A stretch of DNA of 64,000 nucleotides from Nitrososphaerales archaeon (GTDB lineage Archaea; Thermoproteota; Nitrososphaeria; Nitrososphaerales; UBA57): the NCBI GenBank assembly GCA_047517285.1, contig JAKZTE010000004.1, forward strand, positions 5,500 through 69,499, read 5' to 3'. How positions within the stretch are numbered: position 1 is the first letter of the stretch; each line of letters opens with the position of its first letter. This document shows, piece by piece, positions 50,038 to 61,188 of this stretch. The notes beneath the pieces were generated by a model, which was not told where the DNA came from, did not search any database, and saw only the letters and a list, made by a program, of their open reading frames with translations. The translations under genes were made by a program, and so were the position numbers.

Positions 50038-51469
50038 TCAAGAAAGAGATCGCGATATCTTCGGTAATATCATATAGTACATTTGGAAGTAAACCTGTTA
50101 CTACTATTATAGCAGAAGCAAATACAAGAATTGAAATGAATATGAAGGGTTCTTTTATGGCTTTTATTGATGTTTCGTCCATATACATTCGTTTTATAAC
50201 TAGTAAATAATATGCAACTGATATTGCACTGTTAACTAATCCTGCCAGAGCTAACCAGGCATATCCGCCGTCAACGGCAGCAGAAAATAATATCAATTTA
50301 CTCCAGAATCCATTCAGTGGCGGAATTCCTGCAAGTCCCAACAATGATAATGCTAAACAGAAAGCAGTTATAGGCATAACTTTAGAAAGGCCGTTATAAC
50401 TATCCAAAGAACTACTTGAAGTTTTCAATCTAACTAATGCAACAGCTAAGAAAGCTGAAGCTTGTAAAATTGCATGGTTGAAAGAATGATATAATAAACC
50501 AGTCAGTCCTAGATCGGTATACGGCAACACTACTATACCTATAAGAAGATATCCAGCTTGTGCAATGCTTGAATATGCCAGCATTCTTGTGATTGATTTT
50601 TGAGTAAGTGCAGCAAGATTGCCAAGAGTCATTGTTACCAAAGCAACGATAGACAGTGCAAGCGATAGATCAAAATAGAATAATGGGAATATAACTGCAA
50701 ATATTCTTATTGCCGCGGCAAAACCAGCTTTCTTTGTAGCGGCAGATAATAATGCACTAACAGTTGTAGGTGAACCCTCATAGGTATCTGGAATCCACAT
50801 ATGGAATGGAACAATTGATAATTTAAGTCCGAGACCTGCAAGCATCGAGATAGTAGAAAATACGACAAACGGAAGCATATCAGGAGAGAGAGAAGTAAGA
50901 GATTGTGAGATTATGTCGAGGTTAGTTGAACCTGTTATTCCGAACATGATTGAGATTCCATAGAGAAGAATTCCAGACGATAATGCGCCAAGAATAAAGA
51001 ATTTAACAGCAGCCTCATTTGAGAGTTTGTCTTGTTTATTAAATCCTGCCAAGATGAATGTTGGGAGACTCATCAGTTCCCATGCAACAAACATAACAAG
51101 AAGATCGACTGCAAAGCAGAGCATAGTCATTCCAATTGCTGTAAATAATAACAGCGAATAGTAGATACGCTCATTGGAATTACCTTTCATATAATCAAAG
51201 GAGGTTATAGAAACAAACAATGTTACCAATATAACCATAAGACTGAAGAATGAACCCAGAGTGTCATTACGAAGCAGATGAGGAACAGTAGATTCTTGAG
51301 GTGTTAGAGATAGAGTGGAACTAATCAGTAGAATCAGAGAAACTAACAATGAAAGAGTGGTAATATATTGTACGTATTTTAGAGATTTTTTACCAAATAT
51401 CATTTCGTACAGTGGTGAGGTAACTGCAACGGAAGCTAATACGACAAGAACTACTAGAGGAGTATCCAA
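50021..51469 (-). CDS. nuoN: Complex I subunit N
   Basis: EAAVKFF, PFHMWIPDTYEGSPT, RMLAYSSIAQAGY. Confidence 0.95.
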   Translation of the reverse strand: MDTPLVVLVVLASVAVTSPLYEMIFGKKSLKYVQYITTLSLLVSLILLISSTLSLTPQESTVPHLLRNDTLGSFFSLMVILVTLFVSITSFDYMKGNSNERIYYSLLLFTAIGMTMLCFAVDLLVMFVAWELMSLPTFILAGFNKQDKLSNEAAVKFFILGALSSGILLYGISIMFGITGSTNLDIISQSLTSLSPDMLPFVVFSTISMLAGLGLKLSIVPFHMWIPDTYEGSPTTVSALLSAATKKAGFAAAIRIFAVIFPLFYFDLSLALSIVALVTMTLGNLAALTQKSITRMLAYSSIAQAGYLLIGIVVLPYTDLGLTGLLYHSFNHAILQASAFLAVALVRLKTSSSSLDSYNGLSKVMPITAFCLALSLLGLAGIPPLNGFWSKLILFSAAVDGGYAWLALAGLVNSAISVAYYLLVIKRMYMDETSIKAIKEPFIFISILVFASAIIVVTGLLPNVLYDITEDIAISFLTNNPV

Positions 51470-51470
51470 T

Positions 51471-52964
51471 TTAGGCTGCGCCTCCAGACATTATAGCGGC
51501 ATAAACAGTAGAGAGTGGATTGACGACGTCTAGAATTAACCATGGTGCAATTAGAGTAAGAACCAATGGAACAAGATACAGTACTAAAGATACGGTAGAG
51601 ACATTACTTAGATCCCACTTTTTAACATTTGGTTTTGGATCTGACATTACTACCCTTCTTATCATCCATAGAAAATATCCAACAGTAATAGCAGGTACAG
51701 CAACAATCAATGCATAGATTGCATTAATTTGAATTGCGCCAAGAATTACCATGTATTCGCTTATGAAACTACTAAAGATCGGGATACACATAGCAGCCAT
51801 AGAACCCAATATTAACAAGGTAGCTAATCTAGGACTCGAGAATTTTAGTCCTTTAATAACTGTGATATTTCTTGTTCCGGTAGCTTTGTGTAGATATCCA
51901 GATAGCATGAACATGATTCCAACGGCTGCAGCATGAGTAAACATCTGGAATATTGAACCAGAAATTCCGAAAACAGTTCCAGTGAATGCACCCACCAACA
52001 CAAATCCCATGTGACTGACACTAGTCAATGCAATCATTTTTTTGATATCAATTTGAACAATAGCAACTATTGCGCCGTAGAACATAGTGATTATGCCAAT
52101 AAGTATAAAGATCCAAGCATATTGAGCCGATGCTTCGGGAAGTAAACCTATGTTAAAACGTAGAAATCCATACCCTCCCATTTTCAATAACAAGCCTGCA
52201 AGAAATACACTGATTGGTGCAGGAGCTTCTACATGCGCGTCGGGAAGCCAACTGTGAAATGGAACTACAGGAAGTTTAACGCCAAATCCAATGAAGAAAA
52301 GTACTGAAGAAATAATTTGCAAGCTTAATGGAATTTTTCCAGCTACTTCGGGAATGTTAAATGAATGCGGTGAAACATTAAAGTAAATAAGAATAAACGC
52401 AAGAAGCATGAAAACACTACCTACAAATGTAAACAAGAAGAATTTCATGGCAGCATAACGTCTGCGTGGGCCTCCCCATATTCCGATAAATAGAAACATC
52501 GGAATGAGAACAATGTCCCAGAAAACATAGAATAATATCATATTCAATTGAGTGAAAACACCCATTATCGATCCTTGAAAGAGGAATATCATAGAAAAAT
52601 AAAGGACTTTGCGATCTTCAATCAAGTCACGTGAACCGAATATAACTAACAGAGTTAAAATTGAAGTGATTAAAACAAGAGGTCCGCTAAGTCCATCCAT
52701 ACCAGCGAGATAATCTATGCCGAAATTGCCTAAGATTTCAACAGGGCCCTCGACAAAATTATATTCTCCTCCACTGCCGTTTGAGAGAATTAGGCCGTAT
52801 GAATAGAAAGTGATGATTAATTCAATTAATGCAATAAGAATAGAATAATGAATAATATATTTCTGAGAGTTCTTAAACAATAGTGGAATTGCTAGGCCAG
52901 CTAGAATAGGCAATGCAATTAAAATGGAAATAAGTGGAAAACTAACATCTACCAACATAATCAC
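51471..52964 (-). CDS. nuoM: Complex I subunit M (copy 2)
   Basis: WGGPRRRYAA.KFF, VKLPVVPFHSWLPDAHVEAP, LLKMGGYG. Confidence 0.94.
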   Translation of the reverse strand: MIMLVDVSFPLISILIALPILAGLAIPLLFKNSQKYIIHYSILIALIELIITFYSYGLILSNGSGGEYNFVEGPVEILGNFGIDYLAGMDGLSGPLVLITSILTLLVIFGSRDLIEDRKVLYFSMIFLFQGSIMGVFTQLNMILFYVFWDIVLIPMFLFIGIWGGPRRRYAAMKFFLFTFVGSVFMLLAFILIYFNVSPHSFNIPEVAGKIPLSLQIISSVLFFIGFGVKLPVVPFHSWLPDAHVEAPAPISVFLAGLLLKMGGYGFLRFNIGLLPEASAQYAWIFILIGIITMFYGAIVAIVQIDIKKMIALTSVSHMGFVLVGAFTGTVFGISGSIFQMFTHAAAVGIMFMLSGYLHKATGTRNITVIKGLKFSSPRLATLLILGSMAAMCIPIFSSFISEYMVILGAIQINAIYALIVAVPAITVGYFLWMIRRVVMSDPKPNVKKWDLSNVSTVSLVLYLVPLVLTLIAPWLILDVVNPLSTVYAAIMSGGAA

Positions 52965-55060
52965 CCAAGTAATATTATCAATGCGATAATTCCCATTGTA
53001 AAGACGAAGACATATTGTTCAGCAATACCTGTTTGAAGTTTTCTGATATTACGGGAAAGAAAGAGATTAAGATTAGCAATACGCGTAGCGCTGCCATCAA
53101 CTACATATTTGTCAAATTTACCTCCAATTTGTGAAGAGGTGATTGAATAATCAGGCACGGCAGTATTAAGTTTGGACAGAATTCCGGTTTCTATATATTT
53201 ATCTGTGAATTTTGACAATCTCAAGGAGCCATTAATGAAAACAATGTAATAAAGTGAATTAATGTACCAGCGATTTTCAAAAAAGCTGTGCAGCTTAGAT
53301 AAAAGTGGAATGCTAGTAATTACTTGGTTAGGAGACATTCGGTTACTGATGTAGAACAAATAACTGAATCCACCTCCAATCAACACAGCAATAATAGAAG
53401 TCGATACAGCGATACGGTTAAGAGAAAATACGTGTTCGTGAATTTCCATATTAACTGCGTGTTCAAGATGACGTGCCAAGGAACCTTCAAGGAATACTTC
53501 AACAGTAGGTCCAGTTAGACCAATGGCAACAGTAATTATTGCAAGAACTACATAAGGAGCGTACATTAAGATAGGAGCTTCACGAATATGTTTACCGCTA
53601 GATTCCAGTTTTTTAATATATTTACTTGGTTTTCCAAAGAAGATCATGCCAATCATTCTAAAGCTATAAAACGCAGTCATGACCGCAGTGATGCTTGCTA
53701 TAGCATAAAGAGAGATGAGAGTCATAGAACTTTCTACACCAAGAATAGAAGCTAATATTGCATCTTTGCTCCAGAAACCGCTAAGAAGAGGAATACCAGC
53801 CAGTGAAGCGGCAGCTATCGTCATTGCAACAAAAGTTATAGGCATTTTAGTACGCAGACCTCCCATGTCAGTCATATACTTGGTATGGGTTGCGTGGATT
53901 ATTGCACCAGCTGCCATGAATAATCCAGCCTTGAATACTGCATGACTAGCGAGATGGAAGAATCCTGCAACATAACCTGCAATAAAATTAGAAGTCATCC
54001 CTGCAACTCCAAAGGCCAGCATCATATATCCAATCTGAGAGACAGTAGAATATGCAAGAACTTTCTTTAGTTCCTTAGCCACCATAGCTTGAGATGCCGC
54101 CAAGAATGCAGTAATTGCTCCAATCCAAGCAACAAATTCAAAGAATGGCATTATGGTAGCAACATTTTCTACAGCAGTAATAAAAATAGGACCAATACGT
54201 GCAATTAGAAAAACGCCAGCTTTGACCATTGTTGCTGCGTGAATTAAAGCAGATACAGAAGTTGGACCTGCCATAGCATCAGGTAACCACTCGTGCAATG
54301 GAAACTGTGCAGACTTTCCTATAGCTCCACCGAAGATGAATACAGCAACAGGAATCAATAATCCTGATTGTGCAAGATCTACAGCCCAACTATGGTTTTC
54401 CGATAATTTAACAAAATCAAAAGTTCCAGAGAAGAAGAACAGAGTAAGAATGCCAATAAGAAATGACACATCACCAACTCTTGTCATAAGAAAAGCTTTG
54501 CTACCGGCGTGCGTAGGTGAAAATGCAAGAGGTATTCCCCAGGCTTTTTTTCCGACAGTTCCGACGTAATCTTTCTTGAGGTCTTTGTTCCAGAAACTGA
54601 TCAGGCCATAAGAACATAAACCGACTCCTTCCCATCCAAAGAATAATTGAAGGAAATTATCGGAAAAGATAATGAGTTGCATGCTTCCGATAAAGAATAC
54701 CATCAGGAACCAATATCTGGTCATGTTTTCTTCTCCCTTCATGTAACCAAGACTGTAAATCATAATTGAGAATGATAGCCAGCCAACTATGTTTGACATT
54801 AGTATACTTAATGGGTCAGCTAGGACACCGGCGGTAATATCCAATGCAGCAATCCACATAACTTGGTGATGGAAGGTTTCTCCTGCAATTGCAAGAGGCA
54901 GCATCAATGCACAAAGAATAGCAGAAACTAGTGTCAGAGATATCGCATAATAATCTCGGATTTTGTTACCAGCACGGGCAACTACCGGCATTAATAATGC
55001 TCCAAGAATTGGAACGGCAAACACTAACCAAGGAATAAGAAGATTAATTTCTGCGGACAC
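52961..55060 (-). CDS. nuoL: Complex I subunit L
   Basis: GWEGVGLCSY, GKSAQFPLHEWLPDAMAGPTSVSALIHAATMV, GFWSKD. Confidence 0.96.
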   Translation of the reverse strand: MSAEINLLIPWLVFAVPILGALLMPVVARAGNKIRDYYAISLTLVSAILCALMLPLAIAGETFHHQVMWIAALDITAGVLADPLSILMSNIVGWLSFSIMIYSLGYMKGEENMTRYWFLMVFFIGSMQLIIFSDNFLQLFFGWEGVGLCSYGLISFWNKDLKKDYVGTVGKKAWGIPLAFSPTHAGSKAFLMTRVGDVSFLIGILTLFFFSGTFDFVKLSENHSWAVDLAQSGLLIPVAVFIFGGAIGKSAQFPLHEWLPDAMAGPTSVSALIHAATMVKAGVFLIARIGPIFITAVENVATIMPFFEFVAWIGAITAFLAASQAMVAKELKKVLAYSTVSQIGYMMLAFGVAGMTSNFIAGYVAGFFHLASHAVFKAGLFMAAGAIIHATHTKYMTDMGGLRTKMPITFVAMTIAAASLAGIPLLSGFWSKDAILASILGVESSMTLISLYAIASITAVMTAFYSFRMIGMIFFGKPSKYIKKLESSGKHIREAPILMYAPYVVLAIITVAIGLTGPTVEVFLEGSLARHLEHAVNMEIHEHVFSLNRIAVSTSIIAVLIGGGFSYLFYISNRMSPNQVITSIPLLSKLHSFFENRWYINSLYYIVFINGSLRLSKFTDKYIETGILSKLNTAVPDYSITSSQIGGKFDKYVVDGSATRIANLNLFLSRNIRKLQTGIAEQYVFVFTMGIIALIILLG

Positions 55061-56589
55061 TATTTCATTCCTCCGAAAGCAGATTGAAGCAATGGAATAA
55101 GACCATCAGTGATAACTGAAGGGAATATACCAAGTAGAAGAGTTAAAGCACAAAGAAATAGTAATGGAATGGTCATTAACAAAGAAGGATCTTTTATATT
55201 TTCAAAATCTTTTGGGAGTTTTCCAAAGAAGACTTTACGCATAGTAAGTAAAGCATAGCCTGCAGTTATCGGAGTTACAGCTAATGCCAGAGCAGCAATA
55301 ATTAACTTAGATGTAGAACCGCTTTCCAAAGCACCGCCAAATGCACCAGCAAATATCATCCATTCAGATTGAAAACCATTGGTAGGTGGAACTCCAACGA
55401 TAGCGAGAAAACCAATCATTGCAGCAATACCTGTTATAGGAAGTTTACTGCCAAGGCCTCCTAATTTTCGAATACTTCTGACACCTCCTGTTTGCATAAT
55501 TATAGAACCTGCTGCCATAAACAGCAGAGCTTTTCCAGTACCATGACTTACATAATGGAAAACTGATCCAGTTACACCAAGATAGTAAAGAGATCCCATA
55601 CCAAAGATGATATAGCCCATTTGACTGACGCTTGAATAAGCAAGTAGTCGTTTAATATCGTCTTGCGCATAAGCCATAATTCCTCCGTAAATCATAGTTA
55701 GTAATCCCCAGAGAGTAATGACTACAACAATACTTTGATAGACTGATGGAAGAATGAATACAAATATTCTAAGAAAGGCATAAGCGCCAATGCCAATCAT
55801 GGCAGGAGAAAGTAATGCACTAATTGGAGTCGGGGATTCAGCATGTGCATATGGCAACCAAACATGAAGACCTGCAGCTGCTAGTTTCATAAGTAATCCG
55901 AAACTAATGGCAATTGCAACCCATACTCTAATCGAACTAGGTAATCCGCTTTCAGCTATTTCGACAAAGTTGAAGCTGCCGCCATAATATCCTACAGTCA
56001 ATATTCCAGCAAGTAAAGAAACTGCACCTACATGTGTCCATAAGAAATACATAACAGAGATTTTTGCTCTTTCGCCGTAACCGAATTCAGAGATTAAAAA
56101 GAATGATGGAATCAACATTAGTTCGAAGAAGATATAGAATTGAATTAAATTAGTTGCAAGTACCGTACCCAACATACCGGCGGCATAGATGACATAGAGA
56201 CTATAGTATAAAGCCATCTTTCGGTTGAAGGCATCTGCAGAGAATTTCTTATTAGTTTCACGGAATTCTTCTTTTACTCTATGTTCCATGTATGGCATAG
56301 AGTAAACTGCCAAAGTAGTTGATAAGATAAGTATGATTGCGGCAAATGGAAAACTTAGTCCGTCAAGATAAAGTCCAAAATTACCAATAGGGTTCCAAGA
56401 ATAGGTTTCCAGTCTTGTATTAGTGAATAATGAGCCATTATTGGACATTCCAGAATATAGCACTAGACCAGTACTATAGAGCATAATCAGGAATGCAAGC
56501 CATCCAACATTCTTGCCCATACGCAAACCAACCAGATAAACTACTGGAGCGAGAATTATTGGTAAGAAAACAGCTTGGAGTAATAACAA
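55060..56589 (-). CDS. nuoM: Complex I subunit M (copy 1)
   Basis: FYIFFELMLIP, HVWLPYAHAESPTP, KRLLAYSSVSQMGY. Confidence 0.9.
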   Translation of the reverse strand: MLLLQAVFLPIILAPVVYLVGLRMGKNVGWLAFLIMLYSTGLVLYSGMSNNGSLFTNTRLETYSWNPIGNFGLYLDGLSFPFAAIILILSTTLAVYSMPYMEHRVKEEFRETNKKFSADAFNRKMALYYSLYVIYAAGMLGTVLATNLIQFYIFFELMLIPSFFLISEFGYGERAKISVMYFLWTHVGAVSLLAGILTVGYYGGSFNFVEIAESGLPSSIRVWVAIAISFGLLMKLAAAGLHVWLPYAHAESPTPISALLSPAMIGIGAYAFLRIFVFILPSVYQSIVVVITLWGLLTMIYGGIMAYAQDDIKRLLAYSSVSQMGYIIFGMGSLYYLGVTGSVFHYVSHGTGKALLFMAAGSIIMQTGGVRSIRKLGGLGSKLPITGIAAMIGFLAIVGVPPTNGFQSEWMIFAGAFGGALESGSTSKLIIAALALAVTPITAGYALLTMRKVFFGKLPKDFENIKDPSLLMTIPLLFLCALTLLLGIFPSVITDGLIPLLQSAFGGMK

Positions 56590-56596
56590 ACTCAGA

Positions 56597-56914
56597 TCAG
56601 CCTCGTAATCTCTTCAATTCTAGGACATCAATGTCGTTATTGAGCCTAAAAGCCTGAACAATAATAGCTAGGCCAACTGCTGCTTCAGTAGCAGCTAGTG
56701 CAATAGCAAACAACGAGAAGGTTTGGCCGGTGATCAATGGAGTGTCATGATATCTTGCAAAGGCAACAAAATTGATAATAGCTGCATTAATAATGATTTC
56801 AACTGAGAATAGTAAGCGTATTGCATTTCGTTTTGCAATTAAACCATAGATACCTACACACAATAATGCTGATGATAAAATAAAGTAATTGATAAGAGGC
56901 TCCAACAGGTTCAC
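56597..56914 (-). CDS. nuoK: Complex I subunit K
   Basis: RNAIRLLFSVE, GQTF, AATEAAVGLAI. Confidence 0.95.
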   Translation of the reverse strand: MNLLEPLINYFILSSALLCVGIYGLIAKRNAIRLLFSVEIIINAAIINFVAFARYHDTPLITGQTFSLFAIALAATEAAVGLAIIVQAFRLNNDIDVLELKRLRG

Positions 56915-57402
56915 CGATTTTCAAATTTTGCCATGGTAAGTGCGCCGATAATAGAAACAGCTAGAGCTAAACCAGTCAACTGAAGGATTAGCCAATAGTC
57001 GTTGATTAATTGTGAACCAATTTCATAAAAGTTAGGGATTGCTGTTGGATTAGGATATTGACTAGTTAAGCCAGATGAGAGAGAGAAATAAGTCATTGTA
57101 GAGAATAATAAAACTGCTGCAATGATGCCAAGAATTCTTTCGTTGCCGCCTGTTACATTTGCCCATTTTTCTCTGCGGACAAGCATGATAACGAAAACTA
57201 TTAGAATTGCAATTGAACCGACATAAACTAGAACTTGGAATATAGCAATGTAAAGAGAATCAAGAAGAATGAAGAGTCCTGCTACACCTAAAAAAGAAAG
57301 TGATAAAGCTACTGCGCCATAAACTAATTCACGAGATTCAAGAGCTAAGATAGCGAAGAAAACAGTAAGCAATGATACAACAAGAAAAACGACATCAGTC
57401 AT
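56911..57402 (-). CDS. nuoJ: Complex I subunit J
   Basis: QVLVYVGSIAILIVFVIML. Confidence 0.94.
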   Translation of the reverse strand: MTDVVFLVVSLLTVFFAILALESRELVYGAVALSLSFLGVAGLFILLDSLYIAIFQVLVYVGSIAILIVFVIMLVRREKWANVTGGNERILGIIAAVLLFSTMTYFSLSSGLTSQYPNPTAIPNFYEIGSQLINDYWLILQLTGLALAVSIIGALTMAKFENR

Positions 57403-57895
57403 GATAAGCTACTCCATCATCAGAAATTAATTTTACATTTCCTTTCTTTTCAGGAAATACAGCGAGTTGGAACGGAGTATGAACTAATTTTCTTTTATCT
57501 GTCACAGATAGTTCATATTCAGGAGTCATAAACAAGCAATCAAAAGGACATGCGTCAACACAGAATCCACAGAAAACGCATCTGCCATAGTCTATTTGCG
57601 GCATAATATTTTTGGGATTTGTAGGCCAATTACCCTCAACTTGTACCATATCAATACAATCAGCGATATTTTCACAGGCGATGGCGCAAAGAGAACAGCC
57701 AGTACATTTGTCAGTATATAGGATGTGTCTTCCTTTGAATCCAGCGCTGCCAGTATTAGATTTTGCATCAAATGTATAACCTGATTCGATATCTAAGCGC
57801 TGTTCAGGATATCTCAAAGTCATACGTCTTTTGAATAGGTTTCGAAATCCTACAGCGAATGCCCCCAATATTCCGGAAATAAGTTTGTAGTTCAT
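57395..57895 (-). CDS. nuoI: Complex I subunit I
   Basis: T.RYPE, CTGCSLCAIAC, CVFCGFCVDACP. Confidence 0.95.
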   Translation of the reverse strand: MNYKLISGILGAFAVGFRNLFKRRMTLRYPEQRLDIESGYTFDAKSNTGSAGFKGRHILYTDKCTGCSLCAIACENIADCIDMVQVEGNWPTNPKNIMPQIDYGRCVFCGFCVDACPFDCLFMTPEYELSVTDKRKLVHTPFQLAVFPEKKGNVKLISDDGVAYHD

Positions 57896-59055
57896 TAGAT
57901 TACACCAAGTGATGATTCAATTACTGCAATAAAGATATTAATAAATGATAATGCGATTAGCCAAGCCCATCCAATTCTAATTAATTGATCCATACGTAAA
58001 CGAGGAAGAACCGCGCGCGGAAATATTATTATAGTAATTACGAAAAACAATTTGCCTAGTAGCCAGACTATGGGGGGGAGAAAAGCAGGTCCATTCCATC
58101 CTCCTAAGAATAGTAGTGTAAAGAGTAAGGCAAGCGCATAGAACTTCATGTATACGCCAAGTTGTAATAAGCCAAAGTGCATTCCCGTGTATTCAGTCAA
58201 CCATCCAGAAACTATTTCAGTCTCGGCTTCAGGCAAGTCAAAAGGAATTCTTTCTAATTCAGAGAGAATGGTGATATAAAATATAATAGCTGCAAGAAAT
58301 TGTGGAAATATAAACCACATATCTTTTTGCGCCTCTACAATTTTCATTAAATCGAAAGAGCCAGTAAGAATTACAATTCCTAAGATTGAGAGAAGCATAG
58401 GAATTTCATAAGCTGCAAGTTGATGCAGTGCTCTTAACCCGCCAATAAATGCAAATTTATTACTGCTAGCCCATGCCGCAATCAGAACAACCAGAGGACT
58501 GAATCCGAGAATAGCAAAAGGAATCAGTAGACTAAACTCAGAACGTGCAATGTAGATTGTTGGGGATAAAGGAATTACTGCAAGTAGTGATGCTGCAAGC
58601 CCTATGCTAAGAATTGGAGCAGCCCAGAAAAACATTTTATCTGCTTTTTCAGGAACAACTAGTTCTTTACCAAGTAATTTGAACAAGTCGGCGATAGGTT
58701 GTAAAATTCCTTCAAATCGTCCAGCGTACAATGGGCCAACACGAAGTTGTACTTTAGCCATTAATTTACGCTCGTAAAGAATTGTAAGTGTTGCAACAAG
58801 AGCCGCAAATGTAAATCCAGGAAAAGCAGCTATTTTAAAGAATGTAGAAGAAAATCCTAGTCCATATCTTTCAGCTAGTTTGATAGCTTTCAAAGGGTCT
58901 ATTGCAGCAGTCAGGATTTCATTGACTATAGTTACATCAATACCTAACAAGCCAACAACAACGAACAATATAGGAAAAATTATGAGAGGCGAGATAATGA
59001 TGAGCCAGAATAATATTGTAAGTATTCGTTTAACAAACTCTTCAAATGTTTCCAA
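57895..59055 (-). CDS. nuoH: Complex I subunit H
   Basis: ERK...Q.RVGP, QPIADLFKL, RIPFDLPEAE, RLRMDQ. Confidence 0.96.
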   Translation of the reverse strand: METFEEFVKRILTILFWLIIISPLIIFPILFVVVGLLGIDVTIVNEILTAAIDPLKAIKLAERYGLGFSSTFFKIAAFPGFTFAALVATLTILYERKLMAKVQLRVGPLYAGRFEGILQPIADLFKLLGKELVVPEKADKMFFWAAPILSIGLAASLLAVIPLSPTIYIARSEFSLLIPFAILGFSPLVVLIAAWASSNKFAFIGGLRALHQLAAYEIPMLLSILGIVILTGSFDLMKIVEAQKDMWFIFPQFLAAIIFYITILSELERIPFDLPEAETEIVSGWLTEYTGMHFGLLQLGVYMKFYALALLFTLLFLGGWNGPAFLPPIVWLLGKLFFVITIIIFPRAVLPRLRMDQLIRIGWAWLIALSFINIFIAVIESSLGVI

Positions 59056-59060
59056 CTATT

Positions 59061-60182
59061 TCACCTATCGGCTTCTACTGGCCAGTAATCAAGACTCCAA
59101 TAAATAGCAGGCATGTCTGCCAATTTTGAGCCAACCAATAAATGAGTCATACCAATCAGATTTCGAAATGAAGGGACACTAATTTTTACTCTGTACGGTT
59201 GTTTTTCTCCATCACTAACAATATGATAAAACATTGTTCCTCTTGCAGCTTCTGTACGGACAAATGCCTCACCTGGTTCGCCACGCATAACCCCTCCAAT
59301 GACTTGTTTGATTGGGCCAGGTTCGATGAGATCAAGGACTTGTTTTATAATGTTCATACTTTGTTGGAGTTCTTCTAATCGGACAATACATCTTGCATAT
59401 GAATCTCCTTCTTTACGTGTTGGTATTTCAAAATCAACTCTATCATATAGACAATATGGTTCGTCTTTGCGAGTATCAGAATCTATTCCGGTAGCACGAA
59501 GATTGGAACCGGTTATGCCAAGTTTAATTGCATCTGCTTGACTCATTGTTCCAATAGATTCAGTTCTTGCTGTCATTATGGGATTATTGAAGAATATTTT
59601 TTTGTATTCTTCGATACGTTTTTCGAAATAATCAAATGTCTTTAATGCTCTTTCTTTAAGATTAGTAGGTATGTCGTTTCGTACTCCGCCAGGAACAACA
59701 TATGAGAAAGTTACACGGGTTCCGCCAATAGATTCTGCAAGGTCAATAAACAGCTCTCTGTCTCCCATAGGCCACATAAACATAGTAGAGTGCCCAAGGA
59801 ATATGCCGTATATTCCAAGCCAATATAGGTGGGAGATAATACGATTCAATTCAGCCATTATCATACGAATGTACTGAGCACGTTCAGGAGCTTCTACGTC
59901 GATGATTCTTTCAGCAGTAAGAACGTATGGGAGAGTTACTCCTGTTGCGTCTATTATAACTGGTCGTTCAAGATGTGGAATATTTTGAATATAATCTCGG
60001 TATTCCGCCATTTTTTCTGCGCCCCTATGCACATACCCTGGATCAGGTTTAGCTCCTACTATGTAATCTCCATCAACGGTAATAATTAGACGAAAGTGTC
60101 CAGAACCTGGATGTTGCGGTCCAACATGAAGAACTAATTGGTCTCCGCCTTTATCTTCAATATTCATTCCTGCGTTTTGCAT
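59061..60182 (-). CDS. nuoD: Complex I subunit D
   Basis: GPQHPG, GYVHRGAEK, ELNRI.SHL; no NiFe CxxC motifs. Confidence 0.95.
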   Translation of the reverse strand: MQNAGMNIEDKGGDQLVLHVGPQHPGSGHFRLIITVDGDYIVGAKPDPGYVHRGAEKMAEYRDYIQNIPHLERPVIIDATGVTLPYVLTAERIIDVEAPERAQYIRMIMAELNRIISHLYWLGIYGIFLGHSTMFMWPMGDRELFIDLAESIGGTRVTFSYVVPGGVRNDIPTNLKERALKTFDYFEKRIEEYKKIFFNNPIMTARTESIGTMSQADAIKLGITGSNLRATGIDSDTRKDEPYCLYDRVDFEIPTRKEGDSYARCIVRLEELQQSMNIIKQVLDLIEPGPIKQVIGGVMRGEPGEAFVRTEAARGTMFYHIVSDGEKQPYRVKISVPSFRNLIGMTHLLVGSKLADMPAIYWSLDYWPVEADR

Positions 60183-60183
60183 A

Positions 60184-60663
60184 TCATCCTCTTCCAGGTA
60201 AAATATAGTCTTTCCTTAATGGAGGTATATCATTCCAATCTTCCGGAAGAAGTAATTTCTCCATTCTAGGATGGCCAATAAATGTTATTCCGAAATTTTC
60301 GAAAGTCTCTTGTTCATGAAATTCTGCACTAGGTAATACGTCAATTAAAGTTTCGATTTCAGGTTTATCCTTTGGAATCTCAGTCATTATAGAAAAAATA
60401 ATACTCCGAAGTTTTTTCTTGGATACGCAGATAATGTGATATTCTATACGATAGACGTTGTTTTCTGGATAGTCGGTTCCACCCTGAGACATTACTTGTT
60501 CGAAACCCAATTCCTTGACTGCAATTGCTAGGTTTTTTAGATTCTCTGGACCAGTAGAAATCTTTATTCGGTTAGATTCAATGTATTCTTCTTTAATTTT
60601 ATTTTTAAATTGATCTTTTAAGCTTTTTGCAAGCTGATTTTCAGTAACGAATTTAGCAGACAT
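60184..60663 (-). CDS. nuoC: Complex I subunit C
   Basis: E.ETFE.FGI.F.GHP, LLPEDW..PPLRKDY. Confidence 0.94.
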   Translation of the reverse strand: MSAKFVTENQLAKSLKDQFKNKIKEEYIESNRIKISTGPENLKNLAIAVKELGFEQVMSQGGTDYPENNVYRIEYHIICVSKKKLRSIIFSIMTEIPKDKPEIETLIDVLPSAEFHEQETFENFGITFIGHPRMEKLLLPEDWNDIPPLRKDYILPGRG

Positions 60664-60675
60664 CGAGTATGTATA

Positions 60676-61188
60676 TTACACCTTGGATTTCCTTATTTTG
60701 TTTTGCAGTTCAATGATTCCTTGAATAAGTGTTTCTGGTCTAGGAGGACAACCTGGAACGTAAACATCCACAGGTACAATTTTATCAACTCCTTGGAGGA
60801 CATTATACGAGTCCATGTACAAACCACCAGAGATTGCACATGCTCCCATTGCAATTACCCATTTAGGTTCTGGCATTTGTTCATAAACCCATTTCATCCT
60901 AGGTGCCATTTTTCGAGTTACTGTGCCTTGAACAACTAAGACGTCGCATTGTCTTAGTGAACCGAAGGCTTCTAACATTCCAAATCGTTCAATATCGTGT
61001 CTTGGTCCTGATGCTGCACCAAATTCAATACTGCAGCAAGCTGTTTCCAAATGAACAGGCCATAAAGAGTATAATCTACCCCAATTAACAAGAAATCTAA
61101 TAGGTTCCCGTACATTTTTTTCTATAGTGGTATCAAGTATGTCGCTTACTTTACCAACAAGTAGATTTAGAGTTGGATCGTTTACCAA
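60676..61188 (-). CDS. nuoB: Complex I subunit B
   Basis: [30 protein letters not shown]; start set at TTG 61188. Confidence 0.96.
   Translation of the reverse strand: MVNDPTLNLLVGKVSDILDTTIEKNVREPIRFLVNWGRLYSLWPVHLETACCSIEFGAASGPRHDIERFGMLEAFGSLRQCDVLVVQGTVTRKMAPRMKWVYEQMPEPKWVIAMGACAISGGLYMDSYNVLQGVDKIVPVDVYVPGCPPRPETLIQGIIELQNKIRKSKV

Noticed and set aside
59061-61188. NuoD/NuoB as a group 4 NiFe hydrogenase
   Set aside because: The large subunit lacks both Ni-binding CxxC motifs, and the full nuo gene set is present.
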